From the IMG/VR virus record IMGVR_UViG_3300047319_001547, positions 1-64,000 of that record: DNA of 64,000 bases. One strand, written 5' to 3'. The DNA comes from a virus. Position 1 is the stretch's first letter; every line of letters starts with the position of its first letter. Below, one piece after another: positions 38,131 to 47,568 of the stretch. A model generated the notes under the pieces. That model ran no database searches. It had not been told where the DNA came from and worked only from the letters and a program-made list of their open reading frames with translations. The translations under genes and the position numbers were made by a program.

Positions 38131-39996
38131 ATGCCGTCCCCCAGCCAGTCTGGAGTGATCGACACGAACAGCATGGGCTCGGGTGGCTCGCTGATCGCGC
38201 CGTCGGCGTTCCGCGGCACCAGCTTCCTGTCGAGCCCGCGCTTCAAGGAGCTCGACCGCCGGCAGTCCTACTACGACTGCCAGCAGCACGACGGGAAGAA
38301 GTACGACTTCGACGGGCGCATCATCGACCTTCAGGGGCCGGGCGCCATGTCGACCCAGCGGCTGCTGAACTCCGACGTCGCCCCCTACTACGTGCCGCTC
38401 CGCGCGCGCCGCCCCAGCGCGCCCGCGCGGCTGGCGCGCGTCATCACGAACGCCTTCACCAACATGGTGTTCGGCGCCCAGCGGTTTCCCGAGCTGAAGG
38501 TCGAGGGGGATCCGGACACGCAGGACTTCGACGCCGCGATCGCGAAGGCCACCAGCCTGTCGACGAAGATGATCCGCGCCCGGACGATCGGCGGGTCGGT
38601 CGGCACGGTCGGGATGTCGTGGTGCTTCGATCGCAAGGGGCGGCCCCGCATCGAGACCCACAACGGCAAATACCTGTTCGTCCACGACTGGGAGGACCGC
38701 GAGGAGCTGGTCCCGAAGTGGGTGACGGAAGTCTACCTGACGGCGCGCCCCGAGTGGGACGGCAGCCGGAAGAAGTTCGTCATCAACTGGTACTGGCACC
38801 GGCGCGACTGGGACGCCCGCAACGACATCCTCTTCAAGGAGTGCCTCTACAAGGCAGGCGAGGAGCCGATCTGGATGCCGGATCCGCTCAACTCCGTCAC
38901 GCACGACGACGGGTTCTGCCACATGACGTGGATCCAGAACCTGCCGACCGAAGACCTCGACGGGCTGCCGGACTTCGACGGGCTGTTCGACCTGTTCGAC
39001 TCCATCGACATCCTGAACAGCGTCGTCGTCAAGGGGGCGATCCTCAATCTCGACCCGACGCTGGTGCTGAAGATCGACCGCGACATCGCGGGCTCGATGG
39101 GGGTCAAGACCGGCAGCGACGACGCGCTCATAGTGGGCGAGGAGGGCGGGGCCGAATACCTGGAGCTGACCGGCACGTCGCTCGAGTCGGGCATCAAGCT
39201 GCTGAACGAGCAGCGCCGCAACGCGCTCGAGACCGCGCAGTGCATCGTGCCGGATCCGGCCGACATCGCCGCCCAGGGGATCTCGAGCGTCGCCCTGAAG
39301 GGCATCTTCGGCCCGATGATCGGCAAGTGCGAGACGCTGCGCGACCAGTACGGCAAGGGGATGAAGCGCGTGCTGGACCAGATGACGGACGTCGCGCGAG
39401 CGAAGCTCGGCCAGAAGACGATCATCTACGTCAAGAACGACGCGGGCGAGCCGGAGGCTCAGGAGGTCGAGTTCTTCATCGACCTGCCGGCGAAGGTGGT
39501 GGAGACGCCGCAGCAGAGTCCCGACGGTCAGCCGGTCGTCGAGGAGGACACCGGCAAGCCGGTGGTCGACACCCAGAAGGTCGAGCTCAAGCCCGGCGAC
39601 GGCGGCGAGCTGGAGCTCGTGTGGCCCGAGTACTTCCCGGCGACTCCCGCCGATCAGGCGGCAGTCGTGACGACGCTCGGCACTGCCGCGGGCGGCAAGC
39701 CGATCATCAGCCAGCAGACCGCGGTCGAGAAGACGGCGGCCGTCTACGGGGTCGAGCCCGCCGAGGAGTGGGCGCGCGTCCAGAAGGGCAACGCCGAAGA
39801 CAAGGCGGCCGCTGCCGAGAACGCGAAGGCGATGGGGACAGACGGAGACTTCGCGGGCGGGAAACCTGGGGCGGACGGCATGCCGGAAGGCGCCAAGCCG
39901 AAGCCGCTCGCCGCGCCGAAGTTCGGCGGCTCCAAGGCACCGTTCGGCGGCAAGCAGGACGACGACGCGGGCGGAGACGACGACGGGGGGAAGTGA
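38131..39996 (+). CDS. portal protein
   Basis: 621 aa; LARVITNAFTNMVFG, GAEYLEL.G, SSVALK....PM..K, ISQQTAV; precedes gpF-like, scaffold and capsid genes. Confidence 0.8.
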   Translation: MPSPSQSGVIDTNSMGSGGSLIAPSAFRGTSFLSSPRFKELDRRQSYYDCQQHDGKKYDFDGRIIDLQGPGAMSTQRLLNSDVAPYYVPLRARRPSAPARLARVITNAFTNMVFGAQRFPELKVEGDPDTQDFDAAIAKATSLSTKMIRARTIGGSVGTVGMSWCFDRKGRPRIETHNGKYLFVHDWEDREELVPKWVTEVYLTARPEWDGSRKKFVINWYWHRRDWDARNDILFKECLYKAGEEPIWMPDPLNSVTHDDGFCHMTWIQNLPTEDLDGLPDFDGLFDLFDSIDILNSVVVKGAILNLDPTLVLKIDRDIAGSMGVKTGSDDALIVGEEGGAEYLELTGTSLESGIKLLNEQRRNALETAQCIVPDPADIAAQGISSVALKGIFGPMIGKCETLRDQYGKGMKRVLDQMTDVARAKLGQKTIIYVKNDAGEPEAQEVEFFIDLPAKVVETPQQSPDGQPVVEEDTGKPVVDTQKVELKPGDGGELELVWPEYFPATPADQAAVVTTLGTAAGGKPIISQQTAVEKTAAVYGVEPAEEWARVQKGNAEDKAAAAENAKAMGTDGDFAGGKPGADGMPEGAKPKPLAAPKFGGSKAPFGGKQDDDAGGDDDGGK

Positions 39997-39999
39997 CGC

Positions 40000-41022
40000 G
40001 TGGCCGCGACACCGCGCGACGTTCTGGCGTCTGACCACCGCGACTCGCTCGAGATGCTCAAGCAGCTCGGCGCCGTCAGGACGCGGAAGATCCTGGCGCG
40101 CGCGCAGCGCGACCTGGAGCGGCGACTCGACCAGGCGGTGAGGGCACCCGGCGCCCAGTCCTACACGGCGGCGAACCTCAGGACGGCCCTCACGCAAGTC
40201 AGGGAGGCGACGCGCATCGTCCAGAAGGGGATGAGGGGTGTGCTGCTGGACGGGGCCGGCTACGCGGCCGAGCGGTCGGTCGAGAACCTGTCGCGCTACC
40301 TGCACGCGGCGAATCAGCAGTTCAGCGGGGTGTCGCGTCCTCTCGCGCTCGACACCGCCGCGATGGTGGACGAGGCAAGCTCGGGCGCGCGCGCGACGGT
40401 GCTGCGTCGCCTGGCGTCATCCGGCACGCAGGTTCCGGGCGCGGAGCCGGATCCCCACCCCGCGCGCGCCGGCATCATGGAGCGCTACGGGCTGGCGACG
40501 ATCGGACACTTCGAGCAGATACTTCAGCGCGGGCTGATCGCGCGCGCGCCGTGGGAGGACGTAAAGGACGAGATGACGGGTGCGAGCTCCTTCCTCCAGG
40601 GAGCACCCCGCTTCTGGAGCGAGCGGATCGTCAGGACCGAGACGGCCGGCATCTACAACCGCGCCGGCTGGGAGGCGATCCGCACCGCCGACGACGAGCT
40701 GGGCGACATGCTGAAGATCCTGTCGGCGACGTTCGACGATCGGACCGCCAGCGACTCGTATGCGGTCCACGGGCAGATCCGCAAGCCCGAGCAGGCGTTC
40801 GAGTCGTGGTACGGGCTGTACCAACATCCGCCCAACCGACCCAACGACCGCGAGGTGGTGGTGCCGCACAGGATGTCGTGGCCGATCCCTCCCTACCTGA
40901 AGTGGATGACCGCCGAGCAGATCGCCGCGCGGTGGCGCCACGAGGGACGCAAGGGGAAGGTGCCGCCCCGCCCGATGATGACGACCGTCCCGCTGGACCA
41001 GATCGGCAGGGGGAAGAAGTGA
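40000..41022 (+). CDS. minor head morphogenesis protein (Mu gpF / SPP1 gp7-like)
   Basis: ERIVRTET...YN, DDRT..DS..VHGQI, HPPNRPNDR; follows portal. Confidence 0.8.
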   Translation: MAATPRDVLASDHRDSLEMLKQLGAVRTRKILARAQRDLERRLDQAVRAPGAQSYTAANLRTALTQVREATRIVQKGMRGVLLDGAGYAAERSVENLSRYLHAANQQFSGVSRPLALDTAAMVDEASSGARATVLRRLASSGTQVPGAEPDPHPARAGIMERYGLATIGHFEQILQRGLIARAPWEDVKDEMTGASSFLQGAPRFWSERIVRTETAGIYNRAGWEAIRTADDELGDMLKILSATFDDRTASDSYAVHGQIRKPEQAFESWYGLYQHPPNRPNDREVVVPHRMSWPIPPYLKWMTAEQIAARWRHEGRKGKVPPRPMMTTVPLDQIGRGKK

Positions 41023-41026
41023 GGGT

Positions 41027-41042
41027 TGGAACTCGAGTTCCA
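41027..41042. repeat. 16-bp palindrome copy 12 (intergenic, 4 bp after stop)
   Basis: exact match, extends to 20 bp GT...AC. Confidence 0.98.
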
Positions 41043-41088
41043 ACTTGATTCTTTGCGGGCCCCGCCCACCGCCGCTAGGGTTTTGCTC

Positions 41089-41352
41089 ATGGCAACGTTC
41101 ATCCTCATGAACACGGTGCGGCTGAAGGGGGCGAGCGGACCGATCGTTCTGACTGCCGGACGCACGATCGACGACGCGAAGACCCCCACCGCCCCCATCA
41201 CGGCGGCCGGCGGAGTTCTCGCCGCGACGGCCGACACGTCGGTCGCTGCAGCCGCGGTTCTCGCCGTCAAGATGAAGAAGGGCGGCCGCGACTACTGGGA
41301 GATGAACGACGTCATGCTGGCGGCGGGGCTGAAGCAGCTCGGCCTGACCTGA
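41089..41352 (+). CDS. small head-region protein carrying the shared N-terminal module
   Basis: MATFILMN...LTAGRTIDD...AGGVL; TAGGGT-7nt-ATG. Confidence 0.6.
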   Translation: MATFILMNTVRLKGASGPIVLTAGRTIDDAKTPTAPITAAGGVLAATADTSVAAAAVLAVKMKKGGRDYWEMNDVMLAAGLKQLGLT

Positions 41353-41362
41353 GAGGCTCCCC

Positions 41363-41665
41363 GTGAGCACTCCGTTCAAGAACATGAAGGGCGGCAGCGC
41401 CCCGGCGGGATTCGAAGGCGGCGCCAAGCAGGCACCGCGACCCCGCCACAACGCCGCCGAGACGGCGAAGCACGCGCAGGACGAGGGCGAGACCCTGGTC
41501 GAGGCGGCCGCCGAGGAGATGGTGCCGGACTACGAGGTGTCGAGTGCGACGCCGCACGAGGCCGGGCAGTCTCACGGCGAGGGTCACGCTCAGCGTCCGA
41601 CGTACGAGCGATCAAACCCGTGGCCGGACGCGAAGCCGGTCGCGCACAAGCCCTTCAAGGTCTGA
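41363..41665 (+). CDS. small disordered protein
   Basis: STPFK...SNPW...HKPFKV; GAGG RBS. Confidence 0.55.
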   Translation: MSTPFKNMKGGSAPAGFEGGAKQAPRPRHNAAETAKHAQDEGETLVEAAAEEMVPDYEVSSATPHEAGQSHGEGHAQRPTYERSNPWPDAKPVAHKPFKV

Positions 41666-41730
41666 GGCTCTGCTTCTTTGCCGGGCCGCGCGCGGCGCGC
41701 TACGGATTTCTGGAGAGCAAGGAGACGACC

Positions 41731-42099
41731 ATGGGTGACGGCAAGAGCAATCCCTTCGGCAGCGGCAAGAGCGGAGCCGACGGCAACAAGTCGGGCGGAA
41801 GCTCGGCCGGCATGTCGGGTCACCGCGGTCCCGAGCGCTCGCAGAAGATGGGCGAGAGCACCACCGGGCAGTTCGACGGCGACCGTCCCCCGACGGGCGA
41901 CAAGTACCTGAAGGTCGACCCCCCGACGGACCGCAAGGGTCTGGTGGGGCAGAAGGCGGACGACAAGGGCGGGATGAAGCACAAGCCCTTCAAGCTCGGT
42001 GGAAAAGGTCCGTCGATGGGCGGCGAGAACTCCGACTCTGATCTCGAAGGCGGAGTCGGCGATCTCCGCGACGAGCCGACGCCCGACGAAGGGTTCTGA
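41731..42099 (+). CDS. small disordered Gly/Lys/Asp-rich protein
   Basis: SNPFG...HKPFKL; AAGGAG RBS. Confidence 0.6.
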   Translation: MGDGKSNPFGSGKSGADGNKSGGSSAGMSGHRGPERSQKMGESTTGQFDGDRPPTGDKYLKVDPPTDRKGLVGQKADDKGGMKHKPFKLGGKGPSMGGENSDSDLEGGVGDLRDEPTPDEGF

Positions 42100-42104
42100 C
42101 CGCC

Positions 42105-42530
42105 GTGCCGGGGCTGACGCTCGAAGCGAACCTGACGGAGACGCCCCCGAGCAGCTCCGACAGTCCCTTTCCGTCCGCCACGACGACGATCCCGTTCGGC
42201 CTCAGCACGGCGCCGCAGCCCAAGCAGGTTCAGGCATCGACGGGGCGGACGCTCCGCACCCTCAACTCGCCGTCTGCGTTCGTCACGCTCGACAACATCG
42301 GCACGGGACTCGACGTCACGCAGGCGTCGACGTTCTACATGCGGGTCCGCAGCGGCGGCTTTCAGGTGCGGCTCACGTACGCGAATCCGCTGGGCGGATC
42401 GATCATCGCCATCACGCCGCTGGCGGGCGTGATGCTGATCGAGCCCGACGCCGGCGGTGGGTTCTTCATCACGAAGGTCGAACTTCAGGGATCCGGCCAG
42501 TACGAGCTGTATGCGTCCGGGTCGCTGTGA
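42105..42530 (+). CDS. putative virion protein
   Basis: beta-rich, head module. Confidence 0.55.
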   Translation: MPGLTLEANLTETPPSSSDSPFPSATTTIPFGLSTAPQPKQVQASTGRTLRTLNSPSAFVTLDNIGTGLDVTQASTFYMRVRSGGFQVRLTYANPLGGSIIAITPLAGVMLIEPDAGGGFFITKVELQGSGQYELYASGSL

Positions 42531-42599
42531 CGTCGCAGTAAATTGGCACCGCGCGGGCGCGACCCTAGCATCCGCTGAAGACACTCCAAGGAGATACCG

Positions 42600-43364
42600 A
42601 TGGCCCTGAATCCGCTCCCGACCGCAAACACGCTCAAGCAGCGACTCGACGCCGCTGACCTGAACACGCTCGCGGACGCGATGCGGGTTCTGGGATTCGG
42701 CACGGTTCTGCGTCAGATGGTCGGCGTCCTCAGGCGTCAGAACCCGTTCGCGCAGCCCGCGAGCCCGTACGATCTCGCGACCCTCAAGGTCATCCAGCTT
42801 CCGGACGACGCGAAGGCGATGAGCATCGACCCCGGTGCGGCCGCACCCGCGTACGTTCGCACCCAGGACGCTTCGGCGTCGACCGGAGCAGCGGGCGTCT
42901 ACACCTACAAGACGCCGGCCGGAACGACTGCGACGACCGGCACGGTCGGCATCACGCCCGCCGGCAACATCGCGTTCCTCGCGACCGACGCCCCGAACGA
43001 CGTCGACCTCGAGTACAACGTCTTCGTCGGCGACATGGTGGAGCTCACCCTCAACGCGGTCGCCGGCACTGGCGTCTGCGCGCTTCCGGCCAGCGTGGTC
43101 GGGGCAGGCCCCGGCAAGGGCGCGGGACCCGGCGTGCTGTTCATGTCGGAAGCTGAGATTCTGGTCGGCACGGCGGTCGGCAAGAAGATCGTTCTCGTTC
43201 CCGCGGCGGGCGCACCCGCGGCAGGAAACGCACGGCTCGACGTCGCGAAGCTCAACGTCCAGTTCGCAGTGGCGGACGGCGCGACAAGCGTGCGGGTGAA
43301 GCTGATGACCTGCAGCAAGATCGACGTGAACGCGCTGCTCGAGGCTGCGTCGCCCGTCCTCTGA
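42600..43364 (+). CDS. putative head decoration protein
   Basis: AAGGAG RBS, Ala/Gly/Thr/Val-rich, own terminator, upstream of scaffold. Confidence 0.55.
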   Translation: MALNPLPTANTLKQRLDAADLNTLADAMRVLGFGTVLRQMVGVLRRQNPFAQPASPYDLATLKVIQLPDDAKAMSIDPGAAAPAYVRTQDASASTGAAGVYTYKTPAGTTATTGTVGITPAGNIAFLATDAPNDVDLEYNVFVGDMVELTLNAVAGTGVCALPASVVGAGPGKGAGPGVLFMSEAEILVGTAVGKKIVLVPAAGAPAAGNARLDVAKLNVQFAVADGATSVRVKLMTCSKIDVNALLEAASPVL

Positions 43365-43383
43365 TTCTGTCGACTCTGACCCC

Positions 43384-43422
43384 GCGGCGCCTCGCAGAAA
43401 TGCCAGGCGCCGCTTTTCATTT
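43384..43422 (+). terminator. intrinsic terminator
   Basis: GCGGCGCCT...GAAA...AGGCGCCGC followed by TTTTCATTT. Confidence 0.7.
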
Positions 43423-43466
43423 GGGGTGCCTCCGTGAGACATTCGCGGTTCGAGGAGGCCACCAAC

Positions 43467-44354
43467 ATGACGACTGCTGCTGCCGCGACTGAAGGCAAAC
43501 CGGGCGAAGTCCCGGCCGCCGAACCCCCCAAGCCCGCCGCCGAACCCCCCAAGCCGCCCGCAGTGGTGGCCCCGGTGGTGCCGGCCGCCGAACCCCCCAA
43601 ACCCGCCGCGCAGGAAGCGCCCGTGGAGCTCGCCGACGACGCCGAGCCGAAGCCCGGCCAGCGCATCTCGATGACGAGCGAGGCGATGCGCAAGCGCATC
43701 GAGCGCGGCACGAAGGCGAGCCTGAAGGAGGAGTTCGGGACCGACGATCCGAAGGTGCTGAAGGACAAGCTCGCGCGGCTCGACAAATTCGAAGCCGACG
43801 CCGAGGCGTCCCGTCAGGCGCAGCTCACCAAGGAGCAGAAGCTCGAAGAGAAGGCGACGGCCGCCGAGCAGCGCGCCACCGCGGCCGAGCAGCGCGCCCT
43901 CGAGGTCGAAGAGCAGCACGAGGTCAGCCAGGCCGACACGGCGCTGCGCGACAGCCTGAAGGACACCATCAAGCCGAAGTACTGGCGCCACGTGCGCGAG
44001 GACCTGGCGACCTGGCTGTCGGAGAATCACGACCCCGAGAAGCTCGACGCCATGAACGACTCGGATCGCGAGAAGATCGTGACCGACTGGGCGGCTGCGT
44101 ACGCGAAGGAGAACCCCGAGTTCGCCGTCACGGCCGCGATTCCCGTGCCAGAACCGAAGCCCGCGGTGGCTGCGAAGGTGCCGCTGACGAACGGCGTGAC
44201 GAACCCCCAGGGGCGCGGCGCGAATGCCAAGCCGACGCCCGTCGCGATCGCCACCGGGAAGTTCGCCGGCAAGACGGCGGCTCCCGGGCATCCGAACTCG
44301 ATGAGTCCTGCCGAATTCGCCGAGTGGAAGCGCGCCACCGGCAACAACTTCTGA
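43467..44354 (+). CDS. head scaffolding protein
   Basis: Pro/Ala/Glu-rich N-terminus with AAEPPKP repeats, coiled coil, immediately before major capsid. Confidence 0.75.
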   Translation: MTTAAAATEGKPGEVPAAEPPKPAAEPPKPPAVVAPVVPAAEPPKPAAQEAPVELADDAEPKPGQRISMTSEAMRKRIERGTKASLKEEFGTDDPKVLKDKLARLDKFEADAEASRQAQLTKEQKLEEKATAAEQRATAAEQRALEVEEQHEVSQADTALRDSLKDTIKPKYWRHVREDLATWLSENHDPEKLDAMNDSDREKIVTDWAAAYAKENPEFAVTAAIPVPEPKPAVAAKVPLTNGVTNPQGRGANAKPTPVAIATGKFAGKTAAPGHPNSMSPAEFAEWKRATGNNF

Positions 44355-44375
44355 CGGCCACACCTCGCCGTCAGC

Positions 44376-44415
44376 AGGGGCGCACCGGAGAGATCTGGTG
44401 CGCCCTTTTTATTTT
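44376..44415 (+). terminator. intrinsic terminator
   Basis: AGGGGCGCACCGGA-GAGA-TCTGGTGCGCCCTT followed by TTTATTTT. Confidence 0.85.
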
Positions 44416-44623
44416 CGTCGATCAGGATCTTTGCGCGCCCTCTGACGCTCTCTGATTCTGGGCGGGACGAGACACCCACAAGGCCAGTGAGCCGAAAGCC
44501 CAGCACCTCGAACACGCGCACGCCGGCGGTCAACAGGCGGATCCTTCGGGGGGTCGGGCAGCAAGCACCAGCAGGCAGGCGTCTCCAAGCGAAGTTTTCG
44601 ACGAAACCCCGGAGGATCGACCG

Positions 44624-46015
44624 ATGTCCGTTCTGCTGCTCGTGCCGCCCGCGATTCAGGAGCTGAATCAGCAAGGAGCGATCGAACGCGCCTTCCACGA
44701 CGCGCTGTTCCCCAACCTGGCGTTCCGCGCCGAAGCGATGGCCGAAGAGTGGCCCGCCAACACCGGCCAAGAGATCTTCCAGAGCCGCCCCGGGCTGATC
44801 CCCCCGAAGACGACCCCGCTCGTCCCCGGACAGGATCCGGTCCCGAGCGTCGTCCCCTACGAGCAGTGGAAGGCCGTGCTGGCCCAGTTCGGCGACGCAG
44901 TCGACACCCACATGCCGACCGCCATCACGAGCAACGCGAACTTGTTCCTCAGGAACATCCAGCAGCTCGGACTCGGCGCCGGCCAGTCGATCAACCGCGT
45001 GGCCCGCAATCAGCTTTTCCAGAGCTATCTCTCGGGCAACACCCTGACGAACGCCGCCGTGTCGGCTGCCGCGACCGCGATCCACGTCGCGAGCGTGAAC
45101 GGCTTCACGGACGTGATCGTCCCTGGTGTGAACGTCGCCCCGAAGCCCGTCAGCCCCTCGACGCCGCTTGCTGCCGTCATCGGCATCTCGCCGACGTTCG
45201 AGACGGTTCAGATCGTCGGCTTCGTGCTCGACAACCCGGCCGACCCGGTCGGTCCCGGCACGCTGCTTCTCGCCGCCGGTCTTGTGAACGGCTACGCGAC
45301 CCGCAGCTCGGTCAAGAGCGTCAACGCCCCCCGCATCGTCCGCTCGGGCGGCGGCGCGACGGTCGACGCCATCGGGCCGTCCGACACGCTCCTGCTCCAG
45401 GACTGCATCAACGCGGTCGCGCTCCTGCGGCGCGCCAACATCCTGCCGCACGAGGATGGCTACTACCACGCGCACATCAGCCCGCTCGCGAACGCTCAGG
45501 TGTTCGCCGACCCGGTCTTCCAGCGCCTCAACACCGCGCTGCCCGAGGGGGTCATGTACTCCCAGGGATTCATCGGCCACATCTCGGGCGTGATGTTCTT
45601 CATGAACACCGAGGCGCCGGACCCCACCAACACCGGGACGCGCGTCCTCACGGGCACCAACGCGTTCTACAGCCCCGACATCGGGGCCGAGACGACCAAC
45701 GACAGCGGCGTCGACATCGGGCGCGTGATCGTGACCGGCAAGGGAGCTCTCTACGAGCGCTACCTCGACGAGTCGCAGTACGTGACGGAGGCCGGCACTG
45801 TCGGAAAGATCGGCGAGTTCGACGTCGTGAACAACGGCATCACGATCCTGACGGAGCGCATCCGCCTCGTCATCCGCGCGCCGCTTGACCGCCTGCAGCA
45901 AGTCGTGAGCTCCGCCTGGAGCATCTCGACGTCGTTCCCGGTTCCGTCCGACATCACGGCGACGACCGGGCCGGAGCGCTTCAAGCGCAGCATCGTTCTC
46001 GAGCACGCGCTCTGA
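44624..46015 (+). CDS. major capsid protein (HK97 fold, N4-gp56-like) with an inserted domain
   Basis: 463 aa; AQFG..VDT, QQLGLGAGQSINR, INAVALLRRAN....DGYYHAHISP, IGHISGVMF, APLDRLQQ; strong codon bias; follows scaffold. Confidence 0.85.
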   Translation: MSVLLLVPPAIQELNQQGAIERAFHDALFPNLAFRAEAMAEEWPANTGQEIFQSRPGLIPPKTTPLVPGQDPVPSVVPYEQWKAVLAQFGDAVDTHMPTAITSNANLFLRNIQQLGLGAGQSINRVARNQLFQSYLSGNTLTNAAVSAAATAIHVASVNGFTDVIVPGVNVAPKPVSPSTPLAAVIGISPTFETVQIVGFVLDNPADPVGPGTLLLAAGLVNGYATRSSVKSVNAPRIVRSGGGATVDAIGPSDTLLLQDCINAVALLRRANILPHEDGYYHAHISPLANAQVFADPVFQRLNTALPEGVMYSQGFIGHISGVMFFMNTEAPDPTNTGTRVLTGTNAFYSPDIGAETTNDSGVDIGRVIVTGKGALYERYLDESQYVTEAGTVGKIGEFDVVNNGITILTERIRLVIRAPLDRLQQVVSSAWSISTSFPVPSDITATTGPERFKRSIVLEHAL

Positions 46016-46043
46016 GATACCCGCGCCTGACGGCGCGAATCAG

Positions 46044-46086
46044 GAGGGCCCGCCCGGCGAAAGCTCGGCGGGCCTTTCGTCATTTC
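46044..46086. terminator. hairpin terminator after capsid gene, between convergent genes
   Basis: AGGGCCCGCC...GAAA...GGCGGGCCTT-TCGTCATTT. Confidence 0.65.
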
Positions 46087-46325
46087 AGCCGAGATGAACG
46101 CGAAGCGTGAAGAGCTCTTGCTCGAGTTCTGCGATTCGTTCATCGCGGGCGATGAGGGTGGCCAGCAGTTTCGGAACGATTCTCGGCGCCGCAAAGTGCC
46201 AGTCGACCGCCGCCGCATGGGACAACCCCAAGTTCTGGAGTTCCGAGGCGTTCAGTGGACCGAATTCGCGCGCATCCAGCGCCATCGATTGAGATCGTCT
46301 GGGCACGTCTGCTGGATGCCGCCGT

Positions 46326-46493
46326 CTAGTCGGCGGAGTCGGCGCCCGCGTCGCAGTCGCGCACCATCGCGGTGCTGCCCGGCAGCTCGACGATCACGCA
46401 TTTGATCTCGATCTTCGGCTCCGGCACGTCGACCTTCTCGACTCGGAGCGTGCAGGCGGAGAGGAGGATCATGAGCGCAGCGATTGACCGCAT
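46326..46493 (-). CDS. 55-aa lipoprotein (not in ORF track)
   Basis: MRSIAALMILLSAC-TLRVEKVDVPEPKIEIKCVIVELPGSTAMVRDCDAGADSAD; canonical LSAC lipobox. Confidence 0.65.
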   Translation of the reverse strand: MRSIAALMILLSACTLRVEKVDVPEPKIEIKCVIVELPGSTAMVRDCDAGADSAD

Positions 46494-46568
46494 GCGTCCA
46501 ATCCTCTCATTGCAGCTTTGGCGGGGCTCGTGACCCGTGAGACGCTCGGCTCACGAGGAGGCACGAAG

Positions 46569-47114
46569 ATGAGAAACGCGACTAAGGCAGGAGGGCCGCA
46601 GATGCCCGGGGGGGCGTCTGGCGCGCCGCAGGTGGCGGCAGCCGGGATGCAGCAGGCGGGGGTCGGGATGGTGAAGCCGCAGGCGTCTGCCGGTCACGGG
46701 CCGCCTCCGCGCGAGCCAGTGAGGTACCGGGTGATGAACGGCGGGACGATCGTCTGGCACGGCTGCCGGACGCCCCTGAGGGCCGGCAAAGAGATCTCCG
46801 ACGCTCAGTACGACATCACGCTGCTGAAGCGCCAGGGGATCCGGCTCGCCCGCATCGACCAGGACGGCGAAGAGGAGTACGTGGAGCGCGGGGGCGAGAT
46901 CACGCGCGACACCCACGGGGTGAGGCGCTCCGAGGTGCTGGTGCCGGGATCTCCCGAGGCGATCTCCCAGGGGAATCAGTGGGAGAAAGAGCGCAAGTCC
47001 GCGGAGGCTTGGGAGGCCGAGAAGAAGAAGGCGAAGGCGGAGGGACGCGAGCCCGATCAGAAGCTCTCCGCCCCGACGCTGTCGGATCCGAAACCCCAGT
47101 TCGCGAAGGCTTGA
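46569..47114 (+). CDS. head-region protein with internal copy of the shared module
   Basis: GAGGAGG RBS; YRVMN...LRAGKEISDAQYDITLLKRQGIRL. Confidence 0.65.
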   Translation: MRNATKAGGPQMPGGASGAPQVAAAGMQQAGVGMVKPQASAGHGPPPREPVRYRVMNGGTIVWHGCRTPLRAGKEISDAQYDITLLKRQGIRLARIDQDGEEEYVERGGEITRDTHGVRRSEVLVPGSPEAISQGNQWEKERKSAEAWEAEKKKAKAEGREPDQKLSAPTLSDPKPQFAKA

Positions 47115-47119
47115 CCTAG

Positions 47120-47518
47120 ATGCCTGGACCGTCCGGCGAAGAGCGCGTGAAGATCAGGATGCACCTGGGGTACCTCAACGTGCAGATGGCCTTCACGTTC
47201 GTCTTGGGGGTGCCGGCCGCGGTCCAGACGCAGTTCACCGTCGAAGGCGCGATGGACCGACTGCTGCTCGACGCCGAGCCGGAGATGCGCCGCCACCTGA
47301 GGATCCTCGACAAGATCCAGGACCAGATGGTGGACGACCTCGAGCTGCTGGCGGTAGAGGGGATCGACGAGATCAAGATCCGCAAGGACGAGCAGGCGGC
47401 CCTCTGGGATCAGTACGAGCAGTGGCGCCGGGGACTTGCGAACCTGTTCGGAATCGCGCCCAATCCGTTCGACCAGCGGCTGAAGTCGAAGGGCGTCAAC
47501 GTCGCGCGGACACACTGA
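47120..47518 (+). CDS. putative head-tail adaptor
   Basis: helical 132 aa, EERVKIRMHLGY; position after capsid. Confidence 0.55.
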   Translation: MPGPSGEERVKIRMHLGYLNVQMAFTFVLGVPAAVQTQFTVEGAMDRLLLDAEPEMRRHLRILDKIQDQMVDDLELLAVEGIDEIKIRKDEQAALWDQYEQWRRGLANLFGIAPNPFDQRLKSKGVNVARTH

Positions 47519-47521
47519 TGC

Positions 47522-47537
47522 TGGAACTCGAGTTCCA
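47522..47537. repeat. 16-bp palindrome copy 13 (intergenic, over -35 position of next promoter)
   Basis: exact match, flanks C...G; TAAGGT-7nt-ATG begins 18 nt downstream. Confidence 0.98.
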
Positions 47538-47568
47538 GGCCCCCTCGAAAGGCGATAAGGTGACCGAC

